A stretch of DNA of 61,708 bases, the filler included, from Basidiobolus ranarum (lineage: Eukaryota): the NCBI GenBank assembly GCA_040143965.1. It is 21 parts of 21 records of this genome, joined end to end, with 100 filler letters (N's around TTAATTAATTAA, not from the genome) between each part and the next. Parts side by side here need not be neighbours in the genome. Positions count along the whole stretch, not along the records: positions 35,396 to 38,234 come from JASJQH010009806.1; positions 38,335 to 41,171 come from JASJQH010009807.1; positions 41,272 to 44,108 come from JASJQH010009808.1; positions 44,209 to 47,043 come from JASJQH010009809.1; positions 47,144 to 49,978 come from JASJQH010009810.1; 16 more parts are not named here. One strand, given 5' to 3'. The position numbers were made by a program, and so were the translations under genes. The notes under the pieces are model-generated. The model worked only from the letters and a program-made list of their open reading frames with translations, was not told the origin of the DNA and searched no databases. Below, one piece after another: positions 36,847 through 48,603 of this stretch. The number at the start of each line of letters is the position of its first letter. Positions within the stretch are counted from its first letter, which is position 1.

Positions 36847-37854
36847 ATGACAGAAACCAAGACTATGACTTTTATTAACTCAAGTGTTGCAAAGCTTGAT
36901 GGAGAAAATTACAATTTCTGGAAGTTCCAGATGCAAATCATGCTGGAAGACAGGGAGCTTTGGGATGTAATCTCTGGATATGAAAAGGAACCTTCTGACC
37001 CTTCTTTATTGGAAGCTTACAAGAAAAGGGACAAGAAGGCTGTTAATGTCATTTGTCAAAGTTTGAAGGGTTCACAACTTGTGAATATTCAATATGCAAA
37101 TACTTCCCATCAAGCTTGGACTATATTGGAAGAGTGTTATGAAGCAAAGAGTGTTGCTAATAGACTCTTTCTCTGGCAAAAATTCTTCAATATAAAGATG
37201 GAAAAATCTGAAAGCATGGTTACTCATATTGCAAATGTGAGATCTTTGGCAAAACAACTGGAACATATTGGTGCAACTTTACATCAAGAAGATGTCATTT
37301 GGACTCTTCAAAGTAGTCGACCACAACAGTACTCAAACCTGGTCACAGCTTTGGAAGCAAGTTATGACAAGTTGTCTTTGGAGTTTGTGGTGGCAAGGCT
37401 AATGGATCAATATCTCAGAAGTAAGAGTAAGGAAAAAGGATCTGCGGAAGCGGCTCTTTTTGGAGCTGGAAAACATAGCTTTGGCAAGTATAAAGGTTTC
37501 AAAAGATGGAAACCAGGTTTATGCTATGGTTGTAATAGACCAGGACATCAGTTAAAATATTGCAAATCAAGAAATTACAACAAAAATGAGAAGTCGGAAG
37601 AAGCAAATCAAGTTTCAACCAAAGAGGAAGTTTTATTCATTTCTGCCCTATCAGTGACCTTGAAACCAGACTGTAGGTTGTGGTATAATGATTCTGGAGC
37701 CTCTCCACATTTCTCTAATCAAAAAAACTGGCTTAAGACACTTAAAACTGATATAAATAAGAAGGTTTATCTGGGAGATGACCAGCCACTAGAAGCTCTG
37801 GGTGTGGGAGAAATTGAAGTGGATCTTGGGGGCATCACTGGGACATGTATTTGA
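36847..37854 (+). mobile_element. Copia Gag-protease ORF (frame breaks after 37854; homology continues to ~38070)
   Basis: KLDGENYNFWKFQM..LWDVI, UBN2-like region, CYGCNRPGHQLKYC zinc knuckle, WYNDSGASPH protease. Confidence 0.95.
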
Positions 37855-38487
37855 CACTGAAAAACATGCTATATGTGCCTGGGATACCAAAAAATTTGTT
37901 ATCAGTGAGTAAAGCTACATCTGAGGGATAAATCTTTAATTTAGATCAATATGGCTGTACAATCAGGGATCATAAAGGGAATTACATAGCTTCTGGAGCT
38001 AAGCAAAATAACTTGTATAAACTTCATTATATTAGGCCAATATATGGACAAGTTAATACTCCTGTTGTGTCCAAGAGAAAAGTTGATAAAAAGTCTTGAA
38101 CTTTACTGAACCAAAGAAAACAGTTAAGTGCAGAATCTTAGAACTGTTTAAGCAGGATATATAAGCAGAGCAGATCTAACTAATATATGTCTTGGGAATA
38201 ACAGTTGGTTGCTATGTTATGGTAGAGAGTAGGTNNNNNNNNNNNNNNNNNNNNNNNNNNNNNNNNNNNNNNNNNNNNTTAATTAATTAANNNNNNNNNN
38301 NNNNNNNNNNNNNNNNNNNNNNNNNNNNNNNNNNGTTACATTCGGTAAATACATCAACTCACTAGATAATGAGGGAATAGGTGCTCGTGGTTTCTAGAAT
38401 TTTATGAAACAATGAATATAATAATAACATGTATTGTGACTGTGCTAGTGGGAATGCTTTTCGAAAGAAAATATGGTTTACGGGAGA

Positions 38488-39075
38488 TTAACAAGAACTT
38501 CGATTTACCAACAGAATCGCCGTAAGTAGTAGGAACGGCTGAATGGCAACACCAGTCACCTCATTCCTTAATACCAGACTCCCTACTGGATTACCTTCCG
38601 ATCCTTTATCGCTATAGGAGAAGGTGAATTGAGCTACGAGCTTCTTTTTTGAAGCTGTAAAGCATCTAAGATACTTCCTTTCCTGGTAATCCCAAAAAAA
38701 AAGGGTTCCATCAAGAAGAAACCCAAATATGCCAGATTCACTTGAGGGATAGGCAAATTGTAGTTTAGATCGGAATCTCTCAGAGGTGATCCAAATATAG
38801 CCTAATGTTGACCTGGGCTTAGCTACGTAAAGGGTTTCCCCCGTTTCCAAATTGTTTAGAGTGACTGTGGTGCTGAAGAACCCTCTTTCGGTAACGACGG
38901 TATACTTGACTTGGCCATTCAATTTAGCCAATATTTTATCACCATCTCGTTCTAACTTGATGATAGCGTTTTCAGTGTGGTTGGACAACGACTTTGGAAA
39001 AGAGATTGAGTGGATATGAGGTTTCTTAAGAGTACTTTCATTGAAGGGCAATATACGCTGAAGCTTCGCAGTCAT
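38488..39075 (-). CDS. Intronless hypothetical protein, LURP-one/DUF6593-like
   Basis: 195-aa ORF with KYTVVT, FLLDGTLFFWD, LVAQF, GSLVL and a terminal hydrophobic helix FLLLTAILL; normal CpG content. Confidence 0.7.
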   Translation of the reverse strand: MTAKLQRILPFNESTLKKPHIHSISFPKSLSNHTENAIIKLERDGDKILAKLNGQVKYTVVTERGFFSTTVTLNNLETGETLYVAKPRSTLGYIWITSERFRSKLQFAYPSSESGIFGFLLDGTLFFWDYQERKYLRCFTASKKKLVAQFTFSYSDKGSEGNPVGSLVLRNEVTGVAIQPFLLLTAILLVNRSSC

Positions 39076-41271
39076 GATCTCACTACGTTATAATCAAACC
39101 TTCGCAATGGGTGGATACTTACTATGTGAAAGGCTAGGTGAAAGGTCGAAAGGGGAAGTACACAGGAAATGGTTGAAAATCATTCACGAACCTCCTGTCT
39201 ATATACGTAAAATCAATAATGACACAATATGCTAAGCCGTTTGGGCTTAGACGCAAATTAAATGAGTTGACAAGCACCTATACATCAATCCACCTAAACA
39301 TACGCACAACGCCCCTTAAAAAGCCCATATTCATACAAATGTCTAGCTCAACTACAATGCAGCATTCGACAAACGTGCAAACCACCAATAAGAAGATCAG
39401 GATATTACCATTCCATCTACACACATCAGCACTGTTGGTGTATAGCTATAGAAACTCGATAATTTTCTCAAGTGGGGTGATTTAATTACGGTTATTTGCC
39501 TGCGTTTAAGTTACAAAAATTGTAGTAGATGTGGATGCTATTTCACTAAATCGAAGTATACTCTTCTAGAACCATTCACAAATTCGCAAATGGCACTGGT
39601 GATATCCATATCAAACCCTTCTCAAACCATATATGCAATTCCAAACACAGTGTGACAGGTACAGATTGGGACTCTTGGTCTCCGAGCTCACCCTACATAA
39701 TACGGTAAAGGTAAATACCAAGAAGAAATCCACTGAAGATGTAGATCCCGTCATATGCTAGAAAAATTCTTAACCATTTATCATTATACGACTACCATCT
39801 TTGGTGATCTCCTTTTTTCATGTATTCCAATAATTTCGGCAAACCCTAAGGCAAATATACAATGTATGTTTCATACAATGATACAGGCTCTATATACAAA
39901 GCAGACTGGTTGATGTAAGCAAAGAATTTCAATCTATGGAAGATATTCATTGATTCTTCTAAACACGATTGAATATGCCGGTTGTAATCTTGGGAGCCGC
40001 ATGGACCTAGGTAAAAATTACAATGCTCTGTCCAGTGGGAGTCATTCACTTAATAGTTTTACGTTGGAGCATTACATTACCGTAAGGACCTCCAGCTGAT
40101 GCTATTGTAGATCGCATTGAAATAGCCAAGAATGGATCTTGTTATCTATGTGAAAATTCATATGTAATCGGAAGATAAATATTTGATAGTTTCAAACTAG
40201 CTTGTGTAGACAACAGGCTGAAAATGAGAATATATTAGGGATTTTTGAGCTCTTCCAATCAATCAGGATTTTGCGGTTGACGCATGTAGGATTTACTACT
40301 GTTCTTCCTTTAAAATGACCTTTGGTTGTATTAATACGCTCTTGTAAACTGGTTTTCTCCCAAGATACAAATGGTATTTTCTAGCTTTTTCGAATCTTCA
40401 AAATCAATTTGACCTGATGTTGTGCCAGCTGTCTGAAGAATCACCATCAGTCGATTGGAAATATTTCAAGCCCCCCTTCATTTGATCTATATCCGTCCTG
40501 TCTAACCACAACGGAAGTTATCCATATATCCAATATCTATTTGACTTCCGTAGGCCAACATTTCAGCTCGGAGCTATCTACTGAATAATCATTTCGACTC
40601 AGGCCAATGGATGCCTTAGAAACTACTTGGAGGCATGGTTCTAGTGTTGCTAGTTAAAAATGCATGCTTATATGAAAACCAATAGGATTGATGAAATAGT
40701 GATTCATAAATGATCGAACAGGCATCTGCAAAAGGAATCATATCACAGTGTGTAATATTAGGTTGCCGTAAACCTTTTGGTATCATGGAGGTATCTTCTT
40801 AATCCGCTTTTAACCTGCATTGGTATTGTGAATTGATTTGGTGTGTACCGGAAATAGTCAAATAAGAAACGTATCTAGTATACATGCTGATTCATCGAAA
40901 TATCTAGGAGTTTTGTAAGCCTCCTGTGAATTCTCCCAACATTATGATTCTGCAACGTAGCTTTTGGCAATCATTATACTGGATTGCAGTTTTTCTCATG
41001 TAATGCAGCATCCCTGATTATTGATTTCCTGTGCAGTTTTTGTATCCTTCCAGTATTTTACTAAGTGCAGTATCTCCTATTTATGCGATCATGGTAAATG
41101 TGGAAGATATCTTGTATGGATGATTGTTAGCATTCTGAGCAATGTAGTCGCAAGTATAGTATTTTATAATCNNNNNNNNNNNNNNNNNNNNNNNNNNNNN
41201 NNNNNNNNNNNNNNNTTAATTAATTAANNNNNNNNNNNNNNNNNNNNNNNNNNNNNNNNNNNNNNNNNNNN

Positions 41272-41380
41272 TTGACAAAACTATAAATGTCAACTTTCTA
41301 CTCAATAAATCAATAAGTGAAAACCACCAATTCCTCTAATTCTCCAAACCACTTCCAACAGGCTCCCAAATACTTTAACA
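41272..41380 (+). repeat. LTR family D 3' end
   Basis: Matches 4395-4470 and the reverse of 58542-58650; ends TTTAACA. Confidence 0.7.
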
Positions 41381-43059
41381 GTCACGAGGTCTTGCGACAG
41401 ACAATAATCACATTAAGTACTTGTTACGGCTGTTAGATTTGCGGGCGAATAAAACGTTGAAGTTTAAATCGTAACTTCAGAGTAGGTAGGTTGATAATTT
41501 GAATGCAACGATGGGCATCGACATCAGAGTAAGCTAGTATTACAATGCCAAACTAATTAGTTAGTGATAATACAGTTATGTCATCAGAATACTTTACTAC
41601 TCAACTATAATAGATTAACAAGGTGATTAGGCACGTGTGTATGTGGCTTATAGAGAGTTACCTTACATATAAATGTCAGATGATCACAGTATTGTATTCC
41701 AAATTCATCCAGCTAAATATAATCCAAGTGTAAGGGGCACAGTGATATTATGCACTGAAACGACAAGTATACTTCAACATGAACAGAGCAACAATAAGAA
41801 TTGCCCCAATAGGTACATATATGTAGTAATACAATACATGTGCTTAGTCCACCATGAAAAGGCCAGTTGATCAAAAACAGTTAAGGGCCACTACAAACAA
41901 CAGCATATAATTAAGAAATAGCAACGTTGATTAAAATCTAATGCGTGTCTAATTTGAAAGATATAATAAGCAAACTGGGACAAATACGGGCTGCCATTTG
42001 ATAGGTGAAATCCAGAGAGATGCCTATATATGGAAAGTAATAAAAGTAACTAATGTCGCATTTCAAACTATCTATACATTGTTATAAGTGATTAAAGGCT
42101 GCATGTATATCATGGAATGATGCCAATAAAGTGCCTGAGTTTTCCAATAAGACGAATGGTCTCAGCGGAACTGTTATATTTTGTCCATTCTGTTTACGGG
42201 TAGAATTTGCACATACTAACACAAGATCTTATGTATGATGTATTCCCAATAGCTCGACAGAAGCCTCGCATATCCCAAAATAACATTCTCTTTGATGGGC
42301 AAACTGTCAGGGATAATGCTATCTTTATGTACTTTTGGAGTAATAGAAAACATGATATGCGCATCAACCAATCCTGTTGGCAGCCAGTACATCTCCAGTA
42401 CCCCTCTGATGAGATATCCCACTTGGCATAAACCCTGCGACCGGTCATTGATCGCTCAATACTGGTATGTTGGCCTAGCCAAAACATGCAATACTCGAGC
42501 AACAATCAGGGAATAACAACGAAATACAAACTTACCGAGGAGGTATCTTCTGATTAGTCAGGGTCACCATCAGTCACTGTAACACATAACCATAGCTCCA
42601 ATTGTGTATATAATAGAATTTCTCACTAAGCACAATAAAAAAGGCAAGACAAATCTGTGGGCGGTTGTTCTCAAACTTGGCATAATATTTAGTCATATCG
42701 TGAGTTGCATACCCGATGAAATGTCCGCTCTCAAAACCAAGTTAGTATTCTCATCAAACCATGTACACAAGGTCATGTAACAATGATCTGATTGGACTGG
42801 GGAAGAGACAACTAAATAGTGGAGATGGTGAAAAATTTTACGTGTTTCATTGAGCGAGCTCTCCCGTATTTCAGAGACGGCTTTCTATGAATACTATTGT
42901 TGTCTCATCTGAATATCAGTAAATTAATAGGATTATGATGATCTCTGATCAAATAGATAATCATTGCGATATTTACTGGTTTGATATCTTATTAAATTGC
43001 CTTGAGCTGTATCCGCTTTTTACCCTAGCTAAAGAGCGAGAGAGAATCTCCCGAAAAAC

Positions 43060-44108
43060 ATGACTGGAATAGACAAGAGAGTCCTATGCATACAATCCCA
43101 CGTTGTCCACGGTTATGTTGGTGGGTGTATTTTTATGGAATTCTTTCAACGTTTCTTCAACCCTAAAAACCATTCTTTTTGCAAGGTAACAAGTCTGCAG
43201 TATTCCCTTTGCAATTACTTGGTTTCGATGTGGACAACCTGAACACTGTACAATTTTCAAATCATACTGGTAGGCATTTCACATACCAATTACCATTTTG
43301 AATCTTTTTCTAAATGAGGAGAATGAAGGTTATCCACTTTGGACAGGTCAGAAACTGAGCTCGGAGGAATTGTGGGAGGCTTTTAGTGGGATAGAAGTTA
43401 ACGGTTTAGAAGACTACACACATCTTTTAACAGGTAATTGTTAATAGTCATTTAGTTGAGGTTTTCACGAAAAGAGATCGTAACCCTCTAATTATCTTGG
43501 TTATTTTTTTACTTTAAGGTTATATCGGTAATACTGAAAATCTTCGAGTTGTTGCCAAAATCTTGAAGAAACTTCGGGCCAAGAATCCAAATCTGATTTA
43601 TGGTAAGAAGTTGAAGGCTAAAAATGAAACATTAACTCCACTCCATTTCGTCACTAAACTTTGTATACCTATTCGAAGTTCTGGATCCAGTGTTGGGGGA
43701 TAATGGTCGATTCTATATCCCAGAAGAAGCAGTACCTATATATCGTGACGAATTGGCCAAGCAAGCAAATGTCATCACACCTAATCAATTCGAAGCAGAG
43801 TGTTTGACTGAAATGAAAATCAATACACTGGAGGATGTTCACAACTGTCTGTCTAAATTCCATAGCTTTGGTATCGAGCATGTGGTCATCACCAGTTGTC
43901 AATTAGAGGACACTCCCAAGGATACTTTAATTTTATTTGGTAGTCAACAAATTGGAACGAAAATTAGCCAATTTTCACTAGAGTTCCCACAACTGGACGG
44001 ATACTTTACGGGAACAGGGGATGTATTATCTGCACTCATCTTAGCCCACTTGCAGAAAGAGACTGAATCAGCAGTTGAAGAAAGCTTGGTGGCAGCATGT
44101 GAGAAGGG
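43060..44108 (+). CDS. pdxK: Pyridoxal kinase (PfkB family), 3' partial
   Basis: [71 protein letters not shown]; introns 43121-43185, 43270-43328, 43434-43518, 43603-43678. Confidence 0.97.
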
Positions 44109-44208
44109 NNNNNNNNNNNNNNNNNNNNNNNNNNNNNNNNNNNNNNNNNNNNTTAATTAATTAANNNNNNNNNNNNNNNNNNNNNNNNNNNNNNNNNNNN
44201 NNNNNNNN

Positions 44209-44369
44209 GTGGTGATGACTATGATGATGATTATGATGGTGATGACTACAAGAATGGAGGAGGAGGAGGAAAGAAGTATGGCGGCGGTGGTGGCGGTGAT
44301 GATTACGATGGACATGGCAAGAAATACGGAGGTGGTCATGGCGGAAACAAGGACTATAACGAATATTGA
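44209..44369 (+). CDS. Gly/Asp/Tyr/Lys-rich secreted protein, copy 1 (3' end)
   Basis: GDDYDDDYDGDDYKNGGGGKKYGGGGGGDDYDGHGKKYGGGHGGNKDYNEY*; 3' UTR similar to copy 2. Confidence 0.85.
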
Positions 44370-45292
44370 GCTTCTGGTTTCTATAAGATGTGACTTTCCA
44401 TTAGACAGAATCTACCCTTGATAATACCCAATGCTCTCCATTAGATAGTGCTAATAAATAAGCCCCATTTTGGCAAGTTAAACTGCTCTTGATAGTTTAT
44501 TTATTATCACACTTTGAGTTCTCTAAGGTTTATGAACCCACTTATCTTTAATGGCATGATATGTGTTGCTTATAAGATCTTTGCAGCACAACATCAGTGT
44601 GAACGTAAACATCTCTGATGTTCAAGGTGGTGACTAGAAGTGCGTATACCTTTAAAGAGTAAGGTTAAGTGAATTTTTGTCAGCAGGATTGATATTGCAA
44701 TCTACTTCACCTCTATCTTTTTATTCGGGATGATACATTGCATTTATTGATATGCAAATACTCGTGTCCGATACGTGTTTCTTCGTAGCATACAATGGTT
44801 GGATATATCTTAAGAAGTTCATATGAATTGCATATAGGTATTGTTGATTTTAGACGGCATATGTAGATTACCACTCTCAATTAATCAAATTTTCCAAGTG
44901 TTTATTCTTCTACTTGTCGTGTTCTATACTAAAAACCTTTTTCGTTATCCCACATAGTATAAGTGTTATCATCATTCGCAGCTTTGTTAGCATGTATATT
45001 AAGCAATACTTATTTATGTGATCGACATGGATAGATACATATACTAATACTATATAATCATCTAATTTAATTTATGCTATCCTATCTTCTCACTCGTGTC
45101 CAGATGTTTATATTTGTCATCGCCTTGAATATTCCCATGTTTATGAGGCAAGTAGAGAGAATATTGAACGAGGTACCTACCTTTGATCACATTATTACTG
45201 CAGGGATCTACATGCTAATACTTCCAAATCAACTAGCCTTCTGAGTATAAATAGTGATCAAATTTACGTTGTATCAATCAACTATCTCAATA

Positions 45293-45877
45293 ATGAAATA
45301 CCCAACTGCTCAACTACTAATTGTCCTTTCTGCTGCTCTAGCCATCAGTGCTAATGTACTCGAACGCTCCTATGATCCAAGTTATAAGGGAGTAGGTTAC
45401 GGTGGTGACGGCGGCGGTAGAACTAAGAAATACGGAGGCGGTGGTGGCGGTGGCGGTCATGGCGATTACGATGATGACGAATACGATGGTCATGGTGACG
45501 GAGGTGACTACAAACATGGAGGAGGAAAAGGAAAGAATTATGGCGGTGGTGGTGGTGACTACGATGATGATGATGAATACGATGGACATGGTAATGGACG
45601 AGGAAAGAAGTATGGAGGCGGGGGTGGTGGTGGAGACTATGATGATGATGAATATGACGGACATGGTGGAGGAAAGGGAAAGAAATATAGTGGTGGCGGT
45701 GGTGGTGATGACTATGATGATGATTATGATGGGGATGACTACAAGCATGGAGGAGGAGGAGGAAAGAAGTATGGCGGCGGTGGTAGTGGTGACAATTACG
45801 ATGGTGACGACTATGATGGACACGGCAAGAAATATGGTGGCGGCCATGGTGGAGGTAATGACTACAACAAGTACTAG
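45293..45877 (+). CDS. Gly/Asp/Tyr/Lys/His-rich secreted protein, copy 2 (complete, 194 aa)
   Basis: TATAAATA at 45246; signal MKYPTAQLLIVLSAALAISA; alternating GKKYGGGG and DYDDDEYDGHG repeats; AATAAA downstream. Confidence 0.92.
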   Translation: MKYPTAQLLIVLSAALAISANVLERSYDPSYKGVGYGGDGGGRTKKYGGGGGGGGHGDYDDDEYDGHGDGGDYKHGGGKGKNYGGGGGDYDDDDEYDGHGNGRGKKYGGGGGGGDYDDDEYDGHGGGKGKKYSGGGGGDDYDDDYDGDDYKHGGGGGKKYGGGGSGDNYDGDDYDGHGKKYGGGHGGGNDYNKY

Positions 45878-46711
45878 GCTTCTGAATTCTATGCGATACA
45901 ATTTTTCTTTAGATAGAATACACCATTGGTTAATACCCAGAGTTATCCCATAGATAAAGCTAATGAATAAACACTTTTATTAACAAGCAATACTGGTCGA
46001 TGTTCTCAATTTCACCGTTCCTAAAGCATCAAACATATAGATTTATAGGGTTGTCAAAACAACTGAACATGGTGATGATTAGTTCAAATACTCTTTTCTA
46101 TGCCATTTTTCACGTACGTTCTATTTTGGTAATTATTTTATGGACAACCGTATCTTATTGGCGTGAATATACTAATTGGATAAATGTTCTTCATCGATGT
46201 TGATAACAACACTGTTTATCCAGGATATAACATCAATCCTTGCTGCACTTATTATCAGTATCTGTAGGAATGGCAAGACTAATCCTCAGAAAGGAGTAGC
46301 TAATATGGATTAATTAATTCACCCCAAACATCTCTTAATGATTGTAGTAGAAGCGTGTTTATCAGTTGTGTATGCCCTGCACATTAATATAGGAGTTGAC
46401 ACTGTTCTAAGCTATACAATGTGTTGTTTTGTATTTCGATCATCATAAACATGTGATTTAATGCATATTCTTATGCTTATGCAATATGACAATCCATTTC
46501 AAATTAATGAAATATATGAATCCAGCTGCTCAATAGTGTTCAAATGTTGATACATGGCATCTCCTTGAGTTTTCCCGCATTGAAAAGGGTAAATAAGGAG
46601 CGAATTGAACGAGGTAGTTATTTTGTGTATTATGGTTACTAATTTGATCAACAAGGATCTTAAAGTATAAATAGTGATCATTTTCTATTTGTTTAACCAA
46701 CTATCTCAACA

Positions 46712-47043
46712 ATGAAATACCCAACTGCTCAACTACTAATTGTCCTTTCAGCTGCTCTAGCCATCAGTGCTAATGTTCTCGAACGCTCCTATGATCCAAG
46801 CTATAAGGGAGTAGGTTATGGTGGTGACGGTGGTGGCAGAACCAAGAAATACGGAGGTGGTGGTGGTGGTCATGGTGATTATGACGAATATGATGGTGAT
46901 GGTCATGGAAGAGGAAAGAAATACGGTGGTGGCGGTGGTGGTCATGGTAATTACGATGATGACGAATATGATGGTGACGGTCATGGAAGAGGAAAGAAGT
47001 ACGGTGGTGATGATTACGATGATGATGAATACGATGGTGACAG
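46712..47043 (+). CDS. Gly/Asp/Tyr/Lys/His-rich secreted protein, copy 3 (5' part)
   Basis: N-terminal ~50 aa identical to copy 2 with synonymous changes; TATAAATA at 46666. Confidence 0.92.
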
Positions 47044-47143
47044 NNNNNNNNNNNNNNNNNNNNNNNNNNNNNNNNNNNNNNNNNNNNTTAATTAATTAAN
47101 NNNNNNNNNNNNNNNNNNNNNNNNNNNNNNNNNNNNNNNNNNN

Positions 47144-47271
47144 TATTGTACAGAAACTTTTGCTCCTGTCACCAAGTTAAATTCAATTAGATTGATTTTA
47201 GCAATTTCACCTAAATATCAGCTTATTGTGCATCAAATGGATGTTAAAACTGCTTTTTTTAATGGTGAACT
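47144..47271 (+). mobile_element. Copia RT fragment
   Basis: ETFAPVTKLNSIR..HQMDVKTAFFNG. Confidence 0.85.
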
Positions 47272-47716
47272 GTCAAGTTAGAGTTGATTTTGATCAAGTT
47301 TTCCGGTTTCAGCAGCAAAATTTCAAGATCCTGCAAAATAGTTGCACATGATTGGCTACAATCTTGGAGTACTATGGATCTACACATTTACCACTGGAAT
47401 GCCAATTTGTCACCTTAAAAATTCCGAATTTCTTTGATATATTCTTCTCAATATTTTAAATAGAGTTCTTCATACCCAAGATTGGGCTTATATCAAACAC
47501 AAGCTTGTATCAATATCTCCATCAAAGCCCACCATTGTATTAACCTTGCTGACTCAACATTCTTCCAGCTATCTGGCATATACCTTGCAATGTTGGGCTA
47601 CTGTGTATTAAATTCTTCCTAGATATCTGCATGGACAACACCAGACTGAATATCAAGTTAAATGTTCTTTGTCTGAAGCCACTTTCTGCATACTTGCACT
47701 GCATTTTTTATGAAAA
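47272..47716 (-). mobile_element. Fragment of the CCCTA-terminus DNA-transposon repeat
   Basis: Collinear with 55190-55660. Confidence 0.7.
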
Positions 47717-48053
47717 TGCTAAGGGGATTTGGAAGTGTTTTAGACAAGATTTGGAATTGTGAATTAGACACATAAAATTTATTGAGTTGAATATATCTTG
47801 TTTATAGTTTACCATGAAACAGGACTATCTGATGTGCATAGATCATAACAAACATACTTGTTAAGCTTGGGTGCAAATTTCAGATGATTTGGAGAAGTGT
47901 TGAGAAAATAGTGAAAATTTGTAAAAGTGATCTAATTGATATTTCTATCAATGAGAGCAACAAGCACACACTTTTAACAATGGAATCAAGTGCTAAATAA
48001 TCAGAATATGAATAAATATTCTAATAAAAATGAGTTGCTACCTAATTGCAACA
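47717..48053 (-). repeat. Complete copia 3' LTR (family A) with PPT; RNase H at about 48100-48321
   Basis: PPT GTTGAGTGGGAA precedes TGTTGCAATTAGG; RHIDMGHCFVRE and MIANILTKPL upstream. Confidence 0.85.
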
Positions 48054-48321
48054 TTCCCACTCAACTAATTGTTTGTATTTCTCTTGAACTTAACTTATAG
48101 CATAATAATTCAAATTATGATTTAGCTAAAGGTTTAGTCAAGATGTTGGCAATCATTTCTACAGTACGGCAACAGACAAGTTCAATTATACCATTCTCTA
48201 TTGCTTCCCTAACAAAACAATGCCCCATATCTATATGTCTTGTCATAGCATAAATGTAGGGCTTTTAGCTCAGGAAATACAACTTTGATTATTGTCTAAT
48301 ACAATGATTGCACATTTTTGC

Positions 48322-48603
48322 TGTTGAAAGTCTGGTGACTTGTGGTACAAGCAGTAATTCCCAAAGCAGAAAATATGGAGTATGGTGACTGCAAATGAAC
48401 ACAAAGTCTAAGGCCAATCAGTTGCTTGTATAGCTGAAATGCCAAAGTACCATACATTGACAGACTAGGTTAAGGTTCCCTGGCAATATAGGCATAGCAT
48501 ACAAGGACTGGTAGCTCAGTGGTTAGAGCACCTTGCTAGAGTGAAGGAGGTCCCAGGTTCAATTCCTGGCCAGACCAATATTTCTCCCTAAATAATTTCA
48601 ACA
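48322..48603 (+). mobile_element. 282-bp LTR-like element containing a tRNA-like gene (copy 2, complete)
   Basis: Termini TGTTGAAA...TTTCAACA; left flank is copia RNase H, right flank is a LINE ORF; second copy at 5631-5810. Confidence 0.8.
48505..48577 (+). tRNA. tRNA-like pseudogene (anticodon position AGA) with intact A and B boxes
   Basis: GGACTGG-TA-GCTCAGTGGTTAGAGC-A-CCTTG-CTAGAGT-GAAGG-AGGTC-CCAGGTTCAATTCCTGG-CCAGACC-A; short variable loop, so not a true Ser tRNA. Confidence 0.7.

Noticed and set aside
39846-41171. Possible gene in CpG-normal sequence
   Set aside because: No consistent reading frame, splice model or recognisable motif found.
42194-42660. Overlapping short ORFs and one intron-like GTAAGT..TAG on the minus strand
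   Set aside because: No recognisable protein or convincing gene model.
45338-45953. Met/Val-rich and Ile/Thr-rich ORFs (also 25584, 26011, 44209, 46757, 46818)
   Set aside because: Shadow frames of the Gly/Asp-rich coding repeats.
48505-48577. Functional tRNA-Ser(AGA), tRNA-Cys(ACA) for the other copy, or a SINE
   Set aside because: Stem mismatches, no long variable arm, anticodon differs between copies; the tRNA is internal and antisense to the neighbouring LINE, with no tail.
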